Source of the DNA: a virus
Taxonomy: Duplodnaviria; Caudoviricetes
Length of the DNA: 54,282 nucleotides
IMG/VR virus record: IMGVR_UViG_3300009705_000019
Coordinates: 1 to 54,282 of that record
Reading direction: 5' to 3' (one strand)
The notes beneath the pieces are model-generated. The model was not told the DNA's origin and searched no databases. It saw nothing but the letters and a program-made list of their open reading frames with translations. The first letter of the stretch is position 1, and each line of letters begins with the position of its first letter. The translations under genes and the position numbers were made by a program. Positions 54,123 through 54,282 of the stretch are shown one piece after another.

Positions 54123-54282
54123 TGACGGCGTTTGATACCGCTTGGGCTTTGTTGAAAGCCCCTTTCCTTTTGGAAACGGGAATTCATTTTGATCGTGAAA
54201 ATCCAACAGAAATTGAAGGACCGCTTTATTCAGGTGGTGACAGTGGAGATGAACCCCGCTATTGGACTCAAGACAGCCAAAC
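54122..54282 (+). CDS. 3'-truncated protein with N-terminal FxxAW..K tag (not in ORF track)
   Basis: MTAFDTAWALLKAPFLLETGIHFDRENPTEIEGPLYSGGDSGDEPRYWTQDSQ...; GGTGGAG RBS. Confidence 0.75.
   Translation, partial: MTAFDTAWALLKAPFLLETGIHFDRENPTEIEGPLYSGGDSGDEPRYWTQDSQ

Noticed and set aside
1-54282. tRNA/rRNA genes, integrase, transposase, inteins, DNA polymerase, capsid/terminase genes
   Set aside because: None were recognisable by eye in this window; tRNAscan-SE and HMM searches would be needed to exclude divergent ones.

Overview
This window is part of the genome of a large tailed (Caudoviricetes-like) archaeal virus, most consistent with a 'magrovirus' infecting Marine Group II (Poseidoniales) archaea. 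That assignment is inferred from archaeal-type genes (group II chaperonin, TFB-like cyclin repeat, PriS-PriL primase, XPF nuclease, MCM-like ATPase), GGTGA ribosome-binding sites and tightly coupled genes, not from a database search. 1-16.6 kb (+) holds very large tail/baseplate proteins with LamG-like domains; one ~2,500-codon frame is broken by a single in-frame TAG. 18.1-49.0 kb (-) is a long replication/early block: MCM-like ATPase, XPF, primase, two DNA methyltransferases, Cas4-like nuclease, PAPS-reductase-like protein, Sak4/RadA-like ATPase, RPA-like protein, a degenerate ligase, TFB-like and PC4-like proteins, thermosome, UvrD-like helicase and many Zn-finger microproteins. 49.1-50.1 kb is a repeat-rich non-coding switch region (candidate origin or terminus/pac). 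50.1-54.3 kb (+) carries small enzymes including HMG-CoA lyase and two GNATs. The most striking observation is a short amphipathic peptide tag, F-x-x-[ASTV]-W-x-x-[LIM]-(T)-K, present 10 times in 9 otherwise unrelated proteins (C5 methyltransferase, two GNATs, a Cys-His-Asp enzyme, Zn-ribbons, a basic protein). It suggests a modular capsid-targeting or cargo-loading system for injected effectors.
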